From positions 1 to 57,913 of the forward strand of contig CAZTZN010000008.1 of NCBI GenBank assembly GCA_964617715.1: a stretch of 57,913 nucleotides of DNA, in the 5' to 3' direction. Shown piece by piece: positions 48,258-56,948 of the stretch. Position 1 is the stretch's first letter. The number at the start of each line of letters is the position of its first letter. Both the position numbers and the translations under genes were made by a program. The DNA comes from an uncultured Armatimonadia bacterium (GTDB taxonomy: Bacteria > Armatimonadota > Zipacnadia > Zipacnadales > UBA5352). The notes under the pieces are model-generated. The model was not told where the DNA came from, did not search any database, and worked only from the letters and a program-made list of their open reading frames with translations.

Positions 48258-49361
48258 CTACTCCCTTGCGTTGGTGTGGTACTGGGGCCGTATGACCGCC
48301 ATCTGCGCAACGACCGCCCGCCGCCGCCCCGCGACGATCATCCCCCCGGTCACCAGCACCTCGCCGGACGGCAGCAACGTGGCGCGGTGCTCATGCACCG
48401 GATAGGACAGTCGTCCGGCGGGCCGAAACTGACCCGTCGCGGCGGCAAACACCTCGCAGGAGTCCAGCGTGTGCGGTCGCCCCTCGGCGTTGAAGCCGCC
48501 GGTGATCAGCACCCGACCATCCGCCAGCACGGTCGCGGTGTGATCCATGCGCGGTTCGCCCATCTCCGGCCCCGACGCGAACGTGTCGGTCGCCGGGTCG
48601 AAGATCTCCGTGCTCGAGAGCTGACGGCCCGCGCCGATGCTGTTGCCTCCGGCAATCAACACCCGCCCGTCCGGCAGCAGCGTCGCGGTGTGTCGCGAGC
48701 GCTCGGCCATCATATCCGCCACCGGCGTGAAGCTCTCGCTTGCCGGGTCGAAGACCTCCGCCGCCCTGATGGTTCGCTCATCCGGGAACTGCGTCCCGCC
48801 GCTGATCAGCACACGACCATCCGCCAGCAGGCAGGCCGCGTGGCCGTAACGGCTCTGCACCATCGCCCCGGTCGGCGTAAAGGCGCGCGTCGCCGGGTCG
48901 TAGAGGTCGCAGCTCGCCACGGAGGCCACGCCTCCCACGAAACCTCCGGCGATGAGCACCCGGCCATCTTCGAGCAGCGTCGCCGAGTGCAACTCGCGCG
49001 GTGCCGACATGCGGCTCTCCAGGAACACGAAGCGTCGGCCGTCGAACAGCTCGGCGGTGCGCGAGGTCGAGTACGGCAGGATGAACCCGCCGGCGATCAG
49101 GACCGTGCCATCGCCCAGCGCCGTAGCGGTGTGAAATGCGCGCGCGCGGTGATTCCGTGGCCCCGACGCCAACGCGCCCGGCGGGCCCAGCTCCGTCCCC
49201 AGCATGAAGGCATCCCCCATCCCCAGGCCGCCGTAGATCAGCACCTCGCCCCCGGGCAGCAGCGTCGCGGTGTGCGCGTAGCGCGGCACAAGCAATTGCG
49301 CTCGCGCCCCGACCGGCGCGACCAGCGCGACCGCGATCGTCAGGCACGTGGCCCGGCGCAT
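48258..49361 (-). CDS. Exported Kelch-repeat beta-propeller protein
   Basis: Seven repeats of R..HTAT.L.DG.VLI.GG with ..E.FDP; signal peptide. Confidence 0.88.
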   Translation of the reverse strand: MRRATCLTIAVALVAPVGARAQLLVPRYAHTATLLPGGEVLIYGGLGMGDAFMLGTELGPPGALASGPRNHRARAFHTATALGDGTVLIAGGFILPYSTSRTAELFDGRRFVFLESRMSAPRELHSATLLEDGRVLIAGGFVGGVASVASCDLYDPATRAFTPTGAMVQSRYGHAACLLADGRVLISGGTQFPDERTIRAAEVFDPASESFTPVADMMAERSRHTATLLPDGRVLIAGGNSIGAGRQLSSTEIFDPATDTFASGPEMGEPRMDHTATVLADGRVLITGGFNAEGRPHTLDSCEVFAAATGQFRPAGRLSYPVHEHRATLLPSGEVLVTGGMIVAGRRRAVVAQMAVIRPQYHTNARE

Positions 49362-49476
49362 GCGTACCTCCAGGGGCTCGTCCTCTGCAGGCCCCCTCTT
49401 GTCCGCACGCACTCGGGATTCCTGCCCGCCCAACCAGGCAAGGAATCCCCATCGCGCGCGGCGAACTTAGGCTCCG

Positions 49477-49716
49477 ATGACTCGTCACTGGCGCGCGCGC
49501 ATTCGGACGCTCCTCAGCCTTGCCGCCGCGGTCGCGGTCGGCTGGCGGCTTGACACCATCGGCTGGCCGTGGTGGGCATGGCTGCCCGCCGCGATCCTCA
49601 CGGGCATGACCACCCTCATAGCCGTCATGCTGTCGTGGTTCCTCTACCGCAAGCTCACCTACGAGCGCTTCGCGGAAGCGGCCCGCCGCCGTCACCGGGC
49701 TGAGGCGGAGGGCTGA
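49477..49716 (+). CDS. Small membrane protein
   Basis: Two hydrophobic, Trp-rich segments; ends 2 nt before nfo. Confidence 0.55.
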   Translation: MTRHWRARIRTLLSLAAAVAVGWRLDTIGWPWWAWLPAAILTGMTTLIAVMLSWFLYRKLTYERFAEAARRRHRAEAEG

Positions 49717-49718
49717 CG

Positions 49719-50603
49719 GTGCGCCTGGGCTTCCATGTCTCCATCGCCGGCGGCCTCGACCGCTGCATCGAGCGCGCCATCGTGCGCCGGTGCACCACGC
49801 TGCAGATGTTCACCGCCGCGCCGGTGCAGTGGGCCCGCGGCGACATCAGTGCCGACGAGGGCGCGCGCTTCGCCGATGAGCTGGCCCGCCTCGACATCCG
49901 CCCGCATTTCGTCCACGCCAAGTACCTGCTCAACGTCTCCTCGCCTGACGCGGAACTGCGCGCCAGGAGCGTCACCGACCTGTGCGCCGAGCTGCAGGCG
50001 GCGCAGACCATGCGCGCCGCGGGCGTGATTCTGCACCTGGGAAGCGTGGGAGCGGACGGGACGATCAGCGAAGGCATCGACCGCGTCGCGCGCGCCGTCG
50101 ATACCGCCTGCGCATGTTCGCCCGACGGCCCACCGGTGATCCTCGAGAACTCTGCGGGCCAGGGGAACGTCGTGGGCGCCCGCTTCGAAGAGATCGCGCG
50201 CATCATCGCAGCTACTGACTGCCCCCGGCGCGCGCGGGTCTGCATCGACACCGCGCACGCCTTCGGCGCGGGCTACCCGATACACGAAGAGGAAGGCCTG
50301 GGGCGCGCCGTGGAGGAGATGGACGCGACCTTCGGCCTCGATCGGCTGGCGCTGCTGCACATCAACGACTCGCTGGTGCCGTGCGGGTCCGGGCGTGACC
50401 GGCACTGGCACATCGGTCGGGGCACAATCGGACGCGCGGGCATGGAGCGCATCGTCAACCACCCGGCGCTGGTGCACCTCCCCTTTATCATGGAGACGCC
50501 GGGGACGCAGGCCGACGACCTCAGCAACATGCGCCGCATCCGCCGCCTGATCAGTCCCGAGAACCGCCCGCCGCTGCCCGCGCTGCCAAGGGAATTGCGC
50601 TAA
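49719..50603 (+). CDS. nfo: Endonuclease IV
   Basis: GFHVSIAGG, HAKYLLN, LENSAGQG, CIDTAH, LHINDS, DRHWHIG, IMETP. Confidence 0.94.
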   Translation: MRLGFHVSIAGGLDRCIERAIVRRCTTLQMFTAAPVQWARGDISADEGARFADELARLDIRPHFVHAKYLLNVSSPDAELRARSVTDLCAELQAAQTMRAAGVILHLGSVGADGTISEGIDRVARAVDTACACSPDGPPVILENSAGQGNVVGARFEEIARIIAATDCPRRARVCIDTAHAFGAGYPIHEEEGLGRAVEEMDATFGLDRLALLHINDSLVPCGSGRDRHWHIGRGTIGRAGMERIVNHPALVHLPFIMETPGTQADDLSNMRRIRRLISPENRPPLPALPRELR

Positions 50604-51727
50604 CCCCGCATGATCCGCTCGTACACATCCACGGCCAGCTCCACCTGGCGCAGCTCGATCCACTCGTCGGCGGTGTGCGCCTGGCCGATGTCGCCCGGGC
50701 CCAGCACCACCAGCGGCACACCGCGTTCGGCGAAGTCGCAGCCATCCGTGCAGTACGCCACGCCCTCCACCGCGTCCTCGCCGGTCACCTCACGCACCGC
50801 CCGCCGGGCCAGCGTCACGATCTCGGCCTCGGCGTCCGTCTCGACCGCCCAGTCCTTGAGCGTCGGCACGACTTCATCGCCGTCCGCGAGTATGCCGCCA
50901 ATCACCCCGGCGACGTCATCGAAGGCCCCGTCGGGCGTCTCGCCCGGGATCAGGCGCCGGTCGATCATAATCTCACACAGCTCCGGCACCACGTTCACGG
51001 CGGCGCCGCCGTGAATCGTCCCCACCGACAGCGTCGGCCCGCCCACCAGCGGATGGCTCTCACGCGCGCCGAGGTCGGTCGCGAACTCCTCGAGCGCACT
51101 GACCACGCGCGCCATCCGGTAGATCGCGTTCACACCCTTCTCCGGGTTGGAACTGTGTGCGCTCACCCCGCGTGTAACCACCTTGACCCGCAGTGCGCCC
51201 TTGTGCGCGATCACCACACGCAGGCGCGTCGGCTCCCCGATCACCGCGGCCGCCACCGGCCCGCTGTCCTGGAGGAACCGCCGCGCGCCGCCATGCAGGT
51301 ACTCCTCATCGGCGGCCGCCACCAGCACCACCGTCCGTGGCGGCGGCCCGCCCTCCGCTACGCGCGCGAGCGCCACCATCATGGCCGCCAGCGAGCCCTT
51401 CACATCGCACGCGCCACGCCCGTAGAGCCGCCCCTCTTCAATCACCCCCTCGAAGGGGGGCACGGTCATGCCCTCCGCAGCCACCGTGTCGAGGTGCGCC
51501 TCGAAGACGATCGGCGGCTCCTCCCGCCCCTCGACGCGCGCGATCACGTTGTCGCGCCCGGGCAACACCTCCTGCAGGTGGCAATCGATGCCCCGTCCGG
51601 ACAGCCACTCGTGCACGAAGCGCGACATGCGAGCCTCGCCCTCATGCGGACCGGCGGGCTCGCGGCCGCAGGGGTTGACGCTGGGCAGTCGCACCATGGC
51701 GGCGTGCAGCTCGATGAGTTCGCTCAT
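50600..51727 (-). CDS. M20 family metallopeptidase (ArgE/DapE-like)
   Basis: AHLDTV, LYGRGACDVKG, ADEE, IGEPT, SAHSS.P, GPGDIGQAHTADE. Confidence 0.9.
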   Translation of the reverse strand: MSELIELHAAMVRLPSVNPCGREPAGPHEGEARMSRFVHEWLSGRGIDCHLQEVLPGRDNVIARVEGREEPPIVFEAHLDTVAAEGMTVPPFEGVIEEGRLYGRGACDVKGSLAAMMVALARVAEGGPPPRTVVLVAAADEEYLHGGARRFLQDSGPVAAAVIGEPTRLRVVIAHKGALRVKVVTRGVSAHSSNPEKGVNAIYRMARVVSALEEFATDLGARESHPLVGGPTLSVGTIHGGAAVNVVPELCEIMIDRRLIPGETPDGAFDDVAGVIGGILADGDEVVPTLKDWAVETDAEAEIVTLARRAVREVTGEDAVEGVAYCTDGCDFAERGVPLVVLGPGDIGQAHTADEWIELRQVELAVDVYERIMRG

Positions 51728-51794
51728 TGCTTCCTCCCGGGCGCGATGATGCTGCCGCATTCGCCGCTCGCCGCCGCGCTCCTGCCCGTACAGG

Positions 51795-51823
51795 ACGAAA
51801 CCCCAGCCTCGCCGGCTGGGGTT
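51795..51823 (-). terminator. Intrinsic terminator after tRNA-Pro
   Basis: 10-bp stem AACCCCAGCC-ggcga-GGCTGGGGTT followed by TCGT on the minus strand. Confidence 0.7.
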
Positions 51824-51834
51824 GAGGTCGGTCG

Positions 51835-51911
51835 TGGTCGGGGCGGCCGGATTCGAACCGGCGACCTTACGGACCCGAACCGTACGCGCTACCAAGCTGC
51901 GCCACGCCCCG
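51835..51911 (-). tRNA. tRNA-Pro (anticodon CGG)
   Basis: CGGGGCG acceptor stem, anticodon arm TACGG-TTCGGGT-CCGTA, GGTTCGAATCC T-loop, encoded CCA; 77 nt. Confidence 0.96.
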
Positions 51912-51920
51912 ACGAGTGGC

Positions 51921-51949
51921 AGTATAGCACTCCCCCCGGGCTTCGTCAA
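51921..51949 (-). promoter_or_regulatory. Sigma70 promoter of tRNA-Pro
   Basis: TTGACG-17 nt-TATACT, 9 nt upstream of the tRNA. Confidence 0.75.
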
Positions 51950-52084
51950 CCGACAGGCGGCGCGGACCGGGCGTAGATTCTGATAGTCGGCGAACAACCG
52001 GCCTGAGACGGACGGGCGGGCGCTTATGGTCCGGGACAATGCCGGGCGGCCACGTGCTCCCGCTCGGATGCAGCCATCCGCCCC

Positions 52085-52131
52085 GACAATCATCTGGTGT
52101 GACGCGAGATACTTCGCGCCACATATCGCCG
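52085..52131. promoter_or_regulatory. Possible tandem NrdR boxes
   Basis: gacaatcATcTgGtgt (52085) and gcgCcAcATaTcGccg (52116), 31-bp spacing, upstream of nrdD; both are imperfect matches. Confidence 0.35.
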
Positions 52132-52258
52132 GGGTGCCTCCGCCCGGAGACAGAGCGGGTACGAGCGGTCGCCCTCCGTTAGGAGCCTCAGATCACACCT
52201 TCCGGAGAGGGCCAGATAGGCCCGCCAGAGGCCTGAATCGACGACTTGATGGCGCAGC

Positions 52259-52288
52259 TTGACTCGGCTTCCGGCGCGGGTGTATAAG
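52259..52288 (+). promoter_or_regulatory. Putative sigma70 promoter for the nrdD leader
   Basis: TTGACT-18 nt-TATAAG. Confidence 0.55.
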
Positions 52289-52294
52289 TGGTGC

Positions 52295-52460
52295 GCATTT
52301 CCGGGGGGTAAACCTTGACATAGTTGCCGGGAAGTCGGTCGGAAAGGCGATGCTGCCTGCAACGGCAGCCAGGGACGAGAGCTGCAAGGTCATGACAGCG
52401 CACTCCGTCCGGAAGGCGCGGCGAGCAGGATTGTTCAGGAGCCGGGACGCCGGCCCCCGC
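52295..52460 (+). ncRNA. Degenerate cobalamin-riboswitch-like element
   Basis: Ordered motifs GGGAAgtcGGT (52329), CCTGCAACGG (52356), GCACT (52400), GGAAGG (52411), GAGCCGGGAcgCCGGCC (52439); upstream of a B12-independent RNR. Confidence 0.55.
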
Positions 52461-52706
52461 CGCTCGCCTGCGCGAGCGCACCGCGCAGATCGCGGAAGCA
52501 CGAGAGGAATCCGCCGCCGAGGGAGGGAGTAGACGTCCGGCATCGAAGGGGTCTGCACCTGACCCCGGGAACAGGACGTGGCGCGGGGACGTGGGGCATC
52601 CGCGCGCGGCGACGCATGAAGGGCCATCAGAGCACACCTATCGAAGCCTGCACAGCACTACCGTCACAGCCCGCTGCCGCGGGCGCCCAGGGAGGTATGC
52701 GCGCCG

Positions 52707-54731
52707 ATGAGTCTGGATTCGAGGCTGGCGACTCAGGAGGTCATCAAGCGTGACGGGCAGCGCGTCCCGTTCGACCCGGCACGCATCAAGAGCGCCATCC
52801 TGAAGGCGGGTAAGGCCACCGGGGAGTTCGGTGACGATGCCGCCGAGCGACTGACCGCGCTGGTGCTCAAGGTTATCCAGCATCGCCGCTGGTCGGACAG
52901 CCCCTCGGTCGAGCAGATCCAGGACATCGTCGAGCAGGTCCTCATCGAGGCGAATCACTTCGCCACCGCGCGCGCCTACATCGTCTACCGTGAGCAGCGC
53001 AAGCGCATCCGAGACGAACAGAAGGTCCTCATCGACGCTATCGGCTCGATCAACGAGTACCTCCAGCAGGCCGACTGGCGCGTCAATGCCAACGCCAACC
53101 AGGGCTACTCGCTGGGCGGGCTGATCCTCAACGTCGCCGGCAAGGTCACCGCGAACTACTGGCTGAGCGAGGTCTACCCGTCCGAGATCGGCCTGGCCCA
53201 CCGGCGCGGTGATCTGCATATCCACGACCTTGACATGCTCTCGGGCTACTGCGCGGGCTGGTCGCTGCGCCGGCTGCTCTACGAGGGCTTCAACGGCGTC
53301 CCGGGCAAGGTCGAGGCCGCGCCCTGCCGGCATATGTCCAGCGCCGTCGGCCAGATGGTCAACTTCCTCGGCACTCTGCAGAACGAGTGGGCCGGGGCGC
53401 AGGCGTTCAGCAGCTTCGACACCTACCTCGCCCCCTTCGTGCGCGCCGACCGCATGACCTACGCCGAGGTCAAGCAGTGCGTGCAGGAGTTCGTGTACAA
53501 CCTCAACGTCCCGTCGCGCTGGGGCACACAGACCCCGTTCACCAACATCACCCTCGACTGGACCTGCCCCGAGGACCTGCGGGAGCAGGAGCCGCTGCTC
53601 GGCGGCGACCCCGCCGGCTTCACCTACGGGGAACTCGAGGAGGAGATGGCGGTGATCAACCGCGCCTTCCTCGAGGTGATGATCGGCGGCGACTGGCGCG
53701 GGCGCGTCTTCACCTTCCCGATCCCGACCTACAACATCACCGGCGACTTCGACTGGGAGCACCCCAACACCAGGCTGCTGTTCGAGATGACGGCGAAGTA
53801 CGGTATCCCCTACTTTCAGAACTTCCTCAACTCCGACCTGCAGCCGCACATGGTGCGTTCCATGTGCTGCCGGCTGCAACTCGATCTCAGCCAGTTGCTC
53901 GCACGCGGCAACGGCCTGTTTGGCTCGGCGGAGCAGACCGGCTCGGTCGGTGTAGTGACCATCAACTGCGCGCGCCTGGGCTACCTGGCCGCAGAGGACC
54001 TGAGCGCCTTCTACCAGCGCCTCGACACCCTGCTGGAGCTGGCGCGCGACAGCCTCGAACTCAAGCGCAAGACCGTGCAGCGCTGCATTGACAACGGACT
54101 GCTGCCCTACACGCAGCGCTACCTGGGCACGCTCCGCAACCACTTCAGCACCATCGGCGTGAACGGCATCCACGAGTGCATCGCCAACTTCACACGCGGC
54201 GAACACGACATCACCGACGAGTGGGGGCGGCAGTTCGCTATCGACCTGCTCGAGCATATCCGCGCCAGGATGGTGCAGTTCCAGCAGGAGACCGGGCACC
54301 TCTACAACCTTGAGGCCACGCCGGCGGAGAGCGCAACTTACCGCTTCGCGCGCGAGGACCTCCGGCGCTATCCCGACATCACCCACTCCGGACCCGCGGA
54401 CGCGCCCTACTACACCAACTCCAGCCAACTCCCGGTCGGCTGGACCGAAGACCCGTTCGAGGCGCTCGAGCACCAGGAGGAGCTGCAGCGTCTGTACACC
54501 GGGGGCACGGTCTTCCACATGTACATGTCGGAGCGCATCTCCAGCGCCGAGGCCTGCAAGAACCTTGTGCGCCGAACGCTGGAGCGCTTTCGTATCCCCT
54601 ACCTGACGATCACGCCAACCTTCTCGATCTGCCCGCGCCATGGCTACCTGGCCGGTGAGCATGAGTTCTGCCCCAAGTGCGATGCGGAGGCACTGGCAAG
54701 AAAGAGCGCATCGGGGGAGGCCGCCGGGTAG
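52707..54731 (+). CDS. nrdD: Class III anaerobic ribonucleoside-triphosphate reductase, large part lacking the glycyl-radical loop
   Basis: ATP cone VIKRDG..FD; NANAN, HIHDL, YCAGW, SMCCRL, EATPAES, YTGGTVFH, CPRHGY..CPKC. Confidence 0.95.
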   Translation: MSLDSRLATQEVIKRDGQRVPFDPARIKSAILKAGKATGEFGDDAAERLTALVLKVIQHRRWSDSPSVEQIQDIVEQVLIEANHFATARAYIVYREQRKRIRDEQKVLIDAIGSINEYLQQADWRVNANANQGYSLGGLILNVAGKVTANYWLSEVYPSEIGLAHRRGDLHIHDLDMLSGYCAGWSLRRLLYEGFNGVPGKVEAAPCRHMSSAVGQMVNFLGTLQNEWAGAQAFSSFDTYLAPFVRADRMTYAEVKQCVQEFVYNLNVPSRWGTQTPFTNITLDWTCPEDLREQEPLLGGDPAGFTYGELEEEMAVINRAFLEVMIGGDWRGRVFTFPIPTYNITGDFDWEHPNTRLLFEMTAKYGIPYFQNFLNSDLQPHMVRSMCCRLQLDLSQLLARGNGLFGSAEQTGSVGVVTINCARLGYLAAEDLSAFYQRLDTLLELARDSLELKRKTVQRCIDNGLLPYTQRYLGTLRNHFSTIGVNGIHECIANFTRGEHDITDEWGRQFAIDLLEHIRARMVQFQQETGHLYNLEATPAESATYRFAREDLRRYPDITHSGPADAPYYTNSSQLPVGWTEDPFEALEHQEELQRLYTGGTVFHMYMSERISSAEACKNLVRRTLERFRIPYLTITPTFSICPRHGYLAGEHEFCPKCDAEALARKSASGEAAG

Positions 54732-54767
54732 CCCGCAGCGAATCGTACCGCGACAGGAGATACAGCA

Positions 54768-54980
54768 ATGGACCGCGACAACGAGACCATCAGCTCCGAA
54801 CCCCAGCTCGACCCGTCCGAGCGTACGCGCTGTGAAGTGTGGACCCGCGTGATGGGCTACTACCGCCCGGTGTCGATGTGGAACGCCGGGAAGCAGAGTG
54901 AGTACGCCGACCGCCGGGCGTTCCTCGAACCTCCCGCGTCATGGCAGGGCCCGTCCGGACAGAAGAAGCTGGAGATCTGA
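54768..54980 (+). CDS. Stand-alone NrdD glycyl-radical peptide
   Basis: CEVWTRVMGYYRPVSMWNAGKQSEYADR matches the NrdD C-terminus; AGGAG SD 8 nt upstream. Confidence 0.88.
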   Translation: MDRDNETISSEPQLDPSERTRCEVWTRVMGYYRPVSMWNAGKQSEYADRRAFLEPPASWQGPSGQKKLEI

Positions 54981-54984
54981 CGCG

Positions 54985-55731
54985 ATGGACGAGCCGCACT
55001 CCGAGCCCGAGGCGCGCGCGCGCCTGCGCGTCGGGGGCTTCGAACCCCTGACCACCATCGAGTGGGAGGGGCGGCTGTGTGCCGTCGTCTTCCTCCAGGG
55101 CTGTCCCTGGCGCTGTCGCTACTGTCACAACGCCGAACTGGCCCCCTTGACTGCGCCGGGCATGAGGCCGTGGGCGGAGATCTACGAGCAGCTTCGCGCG
55201 CGCCGGGGGTTCCTCGACGCGGTCATCTTCAGTGGCGGTGAGCCGACGCTGCAGTCGGAACTTCCCGACGCGCTGCGCGAGGCCGCGAGTCTCGGCTTCG
55301 AGGTGGCGCTGCACACCAACGGTTACAGCCCCGCCGCGCTCCAACGCGCTCTCGACACCGGCGTGCTGGGTTTCGTGGCCCTCGACGTGAAGGCCCCCTT
55401 CGACGACTACCCTACGATCACCCAGGTCCCCGCGAGCGGCAAGGGCGCGCGTGAGTCGGCACGCCTGGTACTGGCGTCCGGCATCGCCCACGAACTGCGC
55501 ACCACCTGGCACCCGGCGCTGCTCAGTCGCGATCAGCTTCGCACGATCGCCCGCGAGCTGTCAGACCTGGGGGCGCGTGCGTGGGTGCTGCAGCTCTTCC
55601 GGGCAGAAGGCTGTCCGGTGCGGTGGCTGCGCGAATCGCTGGCGCTGCCCGCGCGGGTGGATGACGGTATGCGCGCCGAGCTGAGCGCGATCATCCCCGG
55701 CTTCGAGGTGCGCGGTGGCGACATGGATTGA
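54985..55731 (+). CDS. nrdG: Anaerobic RNR activating radical-SAM enzyme
   Basis: VFLQGCPWRCRYCHN (CxxxCxxC), FSGGEPTLQ, LHTNG, LDVKAP. Confidence 0.92.
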   Translation: MDEPHSEPEARARLRVGGFEPLTTIEWEGRLCAVVFLQGCPWRCRYCHNAELAPLTAPGMRPWAEIYEQLRARRGFLDAVIFSGGEPTLQSELPDALREAASLGFEVALHTNGYSPAALQRALDTGVLGFVALDVKAPFDDYPTITQVPASGKGARESARLVLASGIAHELRTTWHPALLSRDQLRTIARELSDLGARAWVLQLFRAEGCPVRWLRESLALPARVDDGMRAELSAIIPGFEVRGGDMD

Positions 55732-55825
55732 CTGCCGCTGCTGAGAGCCCCACTTGCGGCCGAAGGGCCCCGCGAGCCTGAGGCGAATACTTCACGCGTC
55801 CAGACAATCCGAAGGAGGGAGTCAG

Positions 55826-56854
55826 ATGGAGTACGTGCAGCTTGGGCGGACGGGTACCCGCGTGTCGCGTTTCTGCCTGGGGACCATGAACATCCGCGCG
55901 CTCGAGGACGAAGAGGCGTGGGGGGAGATCGTCGGCGAAGCGCTCGATGGCGGCATCAATTTCATCGACACCGCCGACGTCTACGGCCGCGGTATCTCCG
56001 AGACGGTGCTGGGCAACATCCTCGCCGCCAACGGTCGCCGCGATGACGTCGTGCTGGCGACCAAGGCGGTCGCCGCGATGGGCGACGGGGAGAACGACCA
56101 CGGTGCGAGTCGCTACCATCTCACACGCGCGGTCGAGGGCAGCCTCAAGCGCCTGCAGACCGACCGCATCGACCTGTTCTATCTGCACATCGTTGATCTG
56201 ACCACCCCCATGGACGAGATCCTGGAGACGCTCGACACGCTGGTCACCCAGGGCAAGATCCTCTACGTGGGCACCAGCAAGTGGCCCCCGACGCTGATCA
56301 TGGAGGGCCTCGCGCTCTCGCAGGCACGGGGGCTGCCGCGGTTCGTGGCCGAGCAGCCGCCCTACCACATCCTCGATCGCGGCATCGAGAACGAACTGGC
56401 CTGGATGTGCCTGCGGCAGGGCATCGCTCTGTGCACGTGGGGGCCCCTTGCATACGGGCTGCTCTCGGGCAAGTACCGCAAGGGCGAGCGGCCGTACGAG
56501 GGCGGCCGCTTCGCCGGGCACGGTCCCGATAGCACGCGCTTCACCCCAGCCGCGCTGGATGTGGTTGAGGAGCTGATCCCGCTGGCCGAGGCACGAGGAG
56601 TGTCGCTGGCCGAGTGGGCGCACGCGTGGATGCTCACGCGCCCGTTCCTGACCGCGGCGATCATCGGCCCGCGCACCATCGAGCACCTGCGCTCGACCAT
56701 GAAAGCCCTGGAGATAGAGCTAAGCACAGAGGAGCTGGCGCGCGTCGATGAGCTGGTGCCCCCGGGCAAGTTTGTCAGCGACTTCTACGATGGCAACGTC
56801 TACGCCCGCCTGCGCCAGGCCATCTACGACCCCTCGAGCGTGCGCCGACAGTAG
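55826..56854 (+). CDS. Aldo/keto reductase
   Basis: LGRTGTRVS..LGTM, FIDTADVYG, LATK, SLKRLQTDRIDLFYLH, WGPLAYGLLSGKY. Confidence 0.93.
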   Translation: MEYVQLGRTGTRVSRFCLGTMNIRALEDEEAWGEIVGEALDGGINFIDTADVYGRGISETVLGNILAANGRRDDVVLATKAVAAMGDGENDHGASRYHLTRAVEGSLKRLQTDRIDLFYLHIVDLTTPMDEILETLDTLVTQGKILYVGTSKWPPTLIMEGLALSQARGLPRFVAEQPPYHILDRGIENELAWMCLRQGIALCTWGPLAYGLLSGKYRKGERPYEGGRFAGHGPDSTRFTPAALDVVEELIPLAEARGVSLAEWAHAWMLTRPFLTAAIIGPRTIEHLRSTMKALEIELSTEELARVDELVPPGKFVSDFYDGNVYARLRQAIYDPSSVRRQ

Positions 56855-56948
56855 GAGCGTCTGCCGGCAATGGTCCCAGAAGCAGCATGAGCGATCGGGG
56901 CGCCCGAGTGCGCGGGCGCCCCTGCCACCTCTGCCCGACGACGCGTTC

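Noticed and set aside
48258-49361. Regularly spaced DNA repeats of about 145 bp period
   Set aside because: They are the coding repeats of the Kelch propeller, not a CRISPR array or other DNA repeat.
51727-52093. Extended M20 peptidase ORF running through the tRNA
   Set aside because: tRNA-Pro, its promoter and its terminator occupy this region; the peptidase start with SD is at 51727.
51780-52260. tRNA-Pro as an integration site or island boundary
   Set aside because: No integrase, no duplicated tRNA 3' end seen, and no obvious compositional shift.
52638-54662. 674-aa antisense ORF exactly opposite nrdD; similar long shadow ORFs at 25947-27908, 28063-29775, 31881-33548, 8218-10107 and 16579-18132
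   Set aside because: Expected in high-GC DNA with strong codon bias: no recognisable motifs, and each mirrors a well-supported gene.
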